A DNA stretch of 64,000 nucleotides from Perna viridis (lineage: Eukaryota). Where the stretch lies: NCBI GenBank assembly GCA_037379345.1, contig CM074520.1, forward strand, positions 4,464,001 through 4,528,000, read 5' to 3'. Under the pieces are notes generated by a model that saw only the letters and a list, made by a program, of their open reading frames with translations, did no database searches and was not told the origin of the DNA. Both the position numbers and the translations under genes were made by a program. Within the stretch, counting starts at the first letter, position 1. Each line of letters opens with the position of its first letter. Below, piece after piece: positions 63,101 through 64,000 of this stretch.

Positions 63101-64000
63101 TTGTCACCCCATTGGGGTTGTTGTTTCTTTGGCATACTCACCATAGTCATTTTCGTTATATATTGAAGTAAAAAAGGGACAGATATTGAGTAGAACAGAA
63201 ATCGCTTTACCCCATTTCCATTTCTACTATAATCCAGTGAGGACTCCCTTATCTTGTGATATGAAACTAGTGTTATCAAATTAGTAAGCAAACTCATTAA
63301 AATTCCTGATCCAAATGAGACACAAAAGAGCCGACCGGAGTTTGTTAATCACATCATAGTACATTATGAATGTTTTGGTTGAATTTGACAAAAATAATTA
63401 CAAAATACTTGTAAACAGTAAATCATTTCATCTTTAGGGTATAGTACAGAATGTTAGTTAACGTCAATAACAATCAAGTCATCTTTTTCCGTACACCAAC
63501 TGCTTAATTATATTTTCTGATAGAATCAAGTAACCAAGAATTGCTATTTTACAATGAATTTGGCATCATATCAATTATATATTGCGATGTTGAAAAGCGT
63601 TCATTGTTTTATCTTAAAATCACTAACTTCTTCATATGTTTGACATAAAATAAATGAACATTTTATAACCATTTAATACGCGAGTAATTCATTGATTTCA
63701 ATTAGACATTTTATTGAAGACAAAACAAAAATGAATAATGAAAACTAATCGTTTCGACAACTGAAGAAGTCTACACATACAACGATCAAGAATTGTCGTT
63801 GATTGCTTTTTAATTGTTTCAGAAGATAAAAAGAATTGGTACGGTGATATATATGAATTCGGTTGACTTAATTGTTTATACTTGTTTACTTTTAGTTTCC
63901 CTAAAAGACGCGTACTAGTTTACATATGTTCATAGCGTTTAATATTTCAGATATGGTTAATATAGACATATTATCCTTACAATAGGCTGCCTTCACGAAA

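Noticed and set aside
37000-64000. Many 60-130 aa ORFs in the ORF track
   Set aside because: Low-complexity or TE-derived, with no domain signatures or consistent splice chains. Identical ORF starts (e.g. 6094 and 48336) are explained by repeat copies. A small exon could still have been missed.

Overview
Eukaryotic, AT-rich, intron-containing genomic DNA. Repeat content and a compact HSPA12 gene point to a bivalve mollusc (inference). Four genes are readable: (1) the last 8 coding exons of an SLC5/SGLT-type Na+/solute symporter (10-8488, +; starts before the window); (2) a complete 14-exon tandem paralogue (15176-22729, +, 649 aa); (3) a 4-exon HSPA12-type Hsp70 (27714-34663, +) broken by one +1 frameshift in a T6 run; (4) an intronless, divergent Olig/BHLHE22-type bHLH gene (36239-36802, -) ending in an eh1-like motif. 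The rest is a dense mosaic of transposable elements: Penelope-like (Naiad-type) 3' fragments, a Deu-like SINE with a non-tRNA head, a 250-nt structured retroposon, a decayed Academ-like transposase, and nested MITEs and Helentron-like elements. No gene was found from about 37 kb to the end. Best leads: two retroelement-borne structured RNA motifs that fit no ribozyme class I could fold them into, and a shared remodelling of the sugar-binding site in both SGLT paralogues. All alignments and folds were done by eye; reference motifs are from memory.
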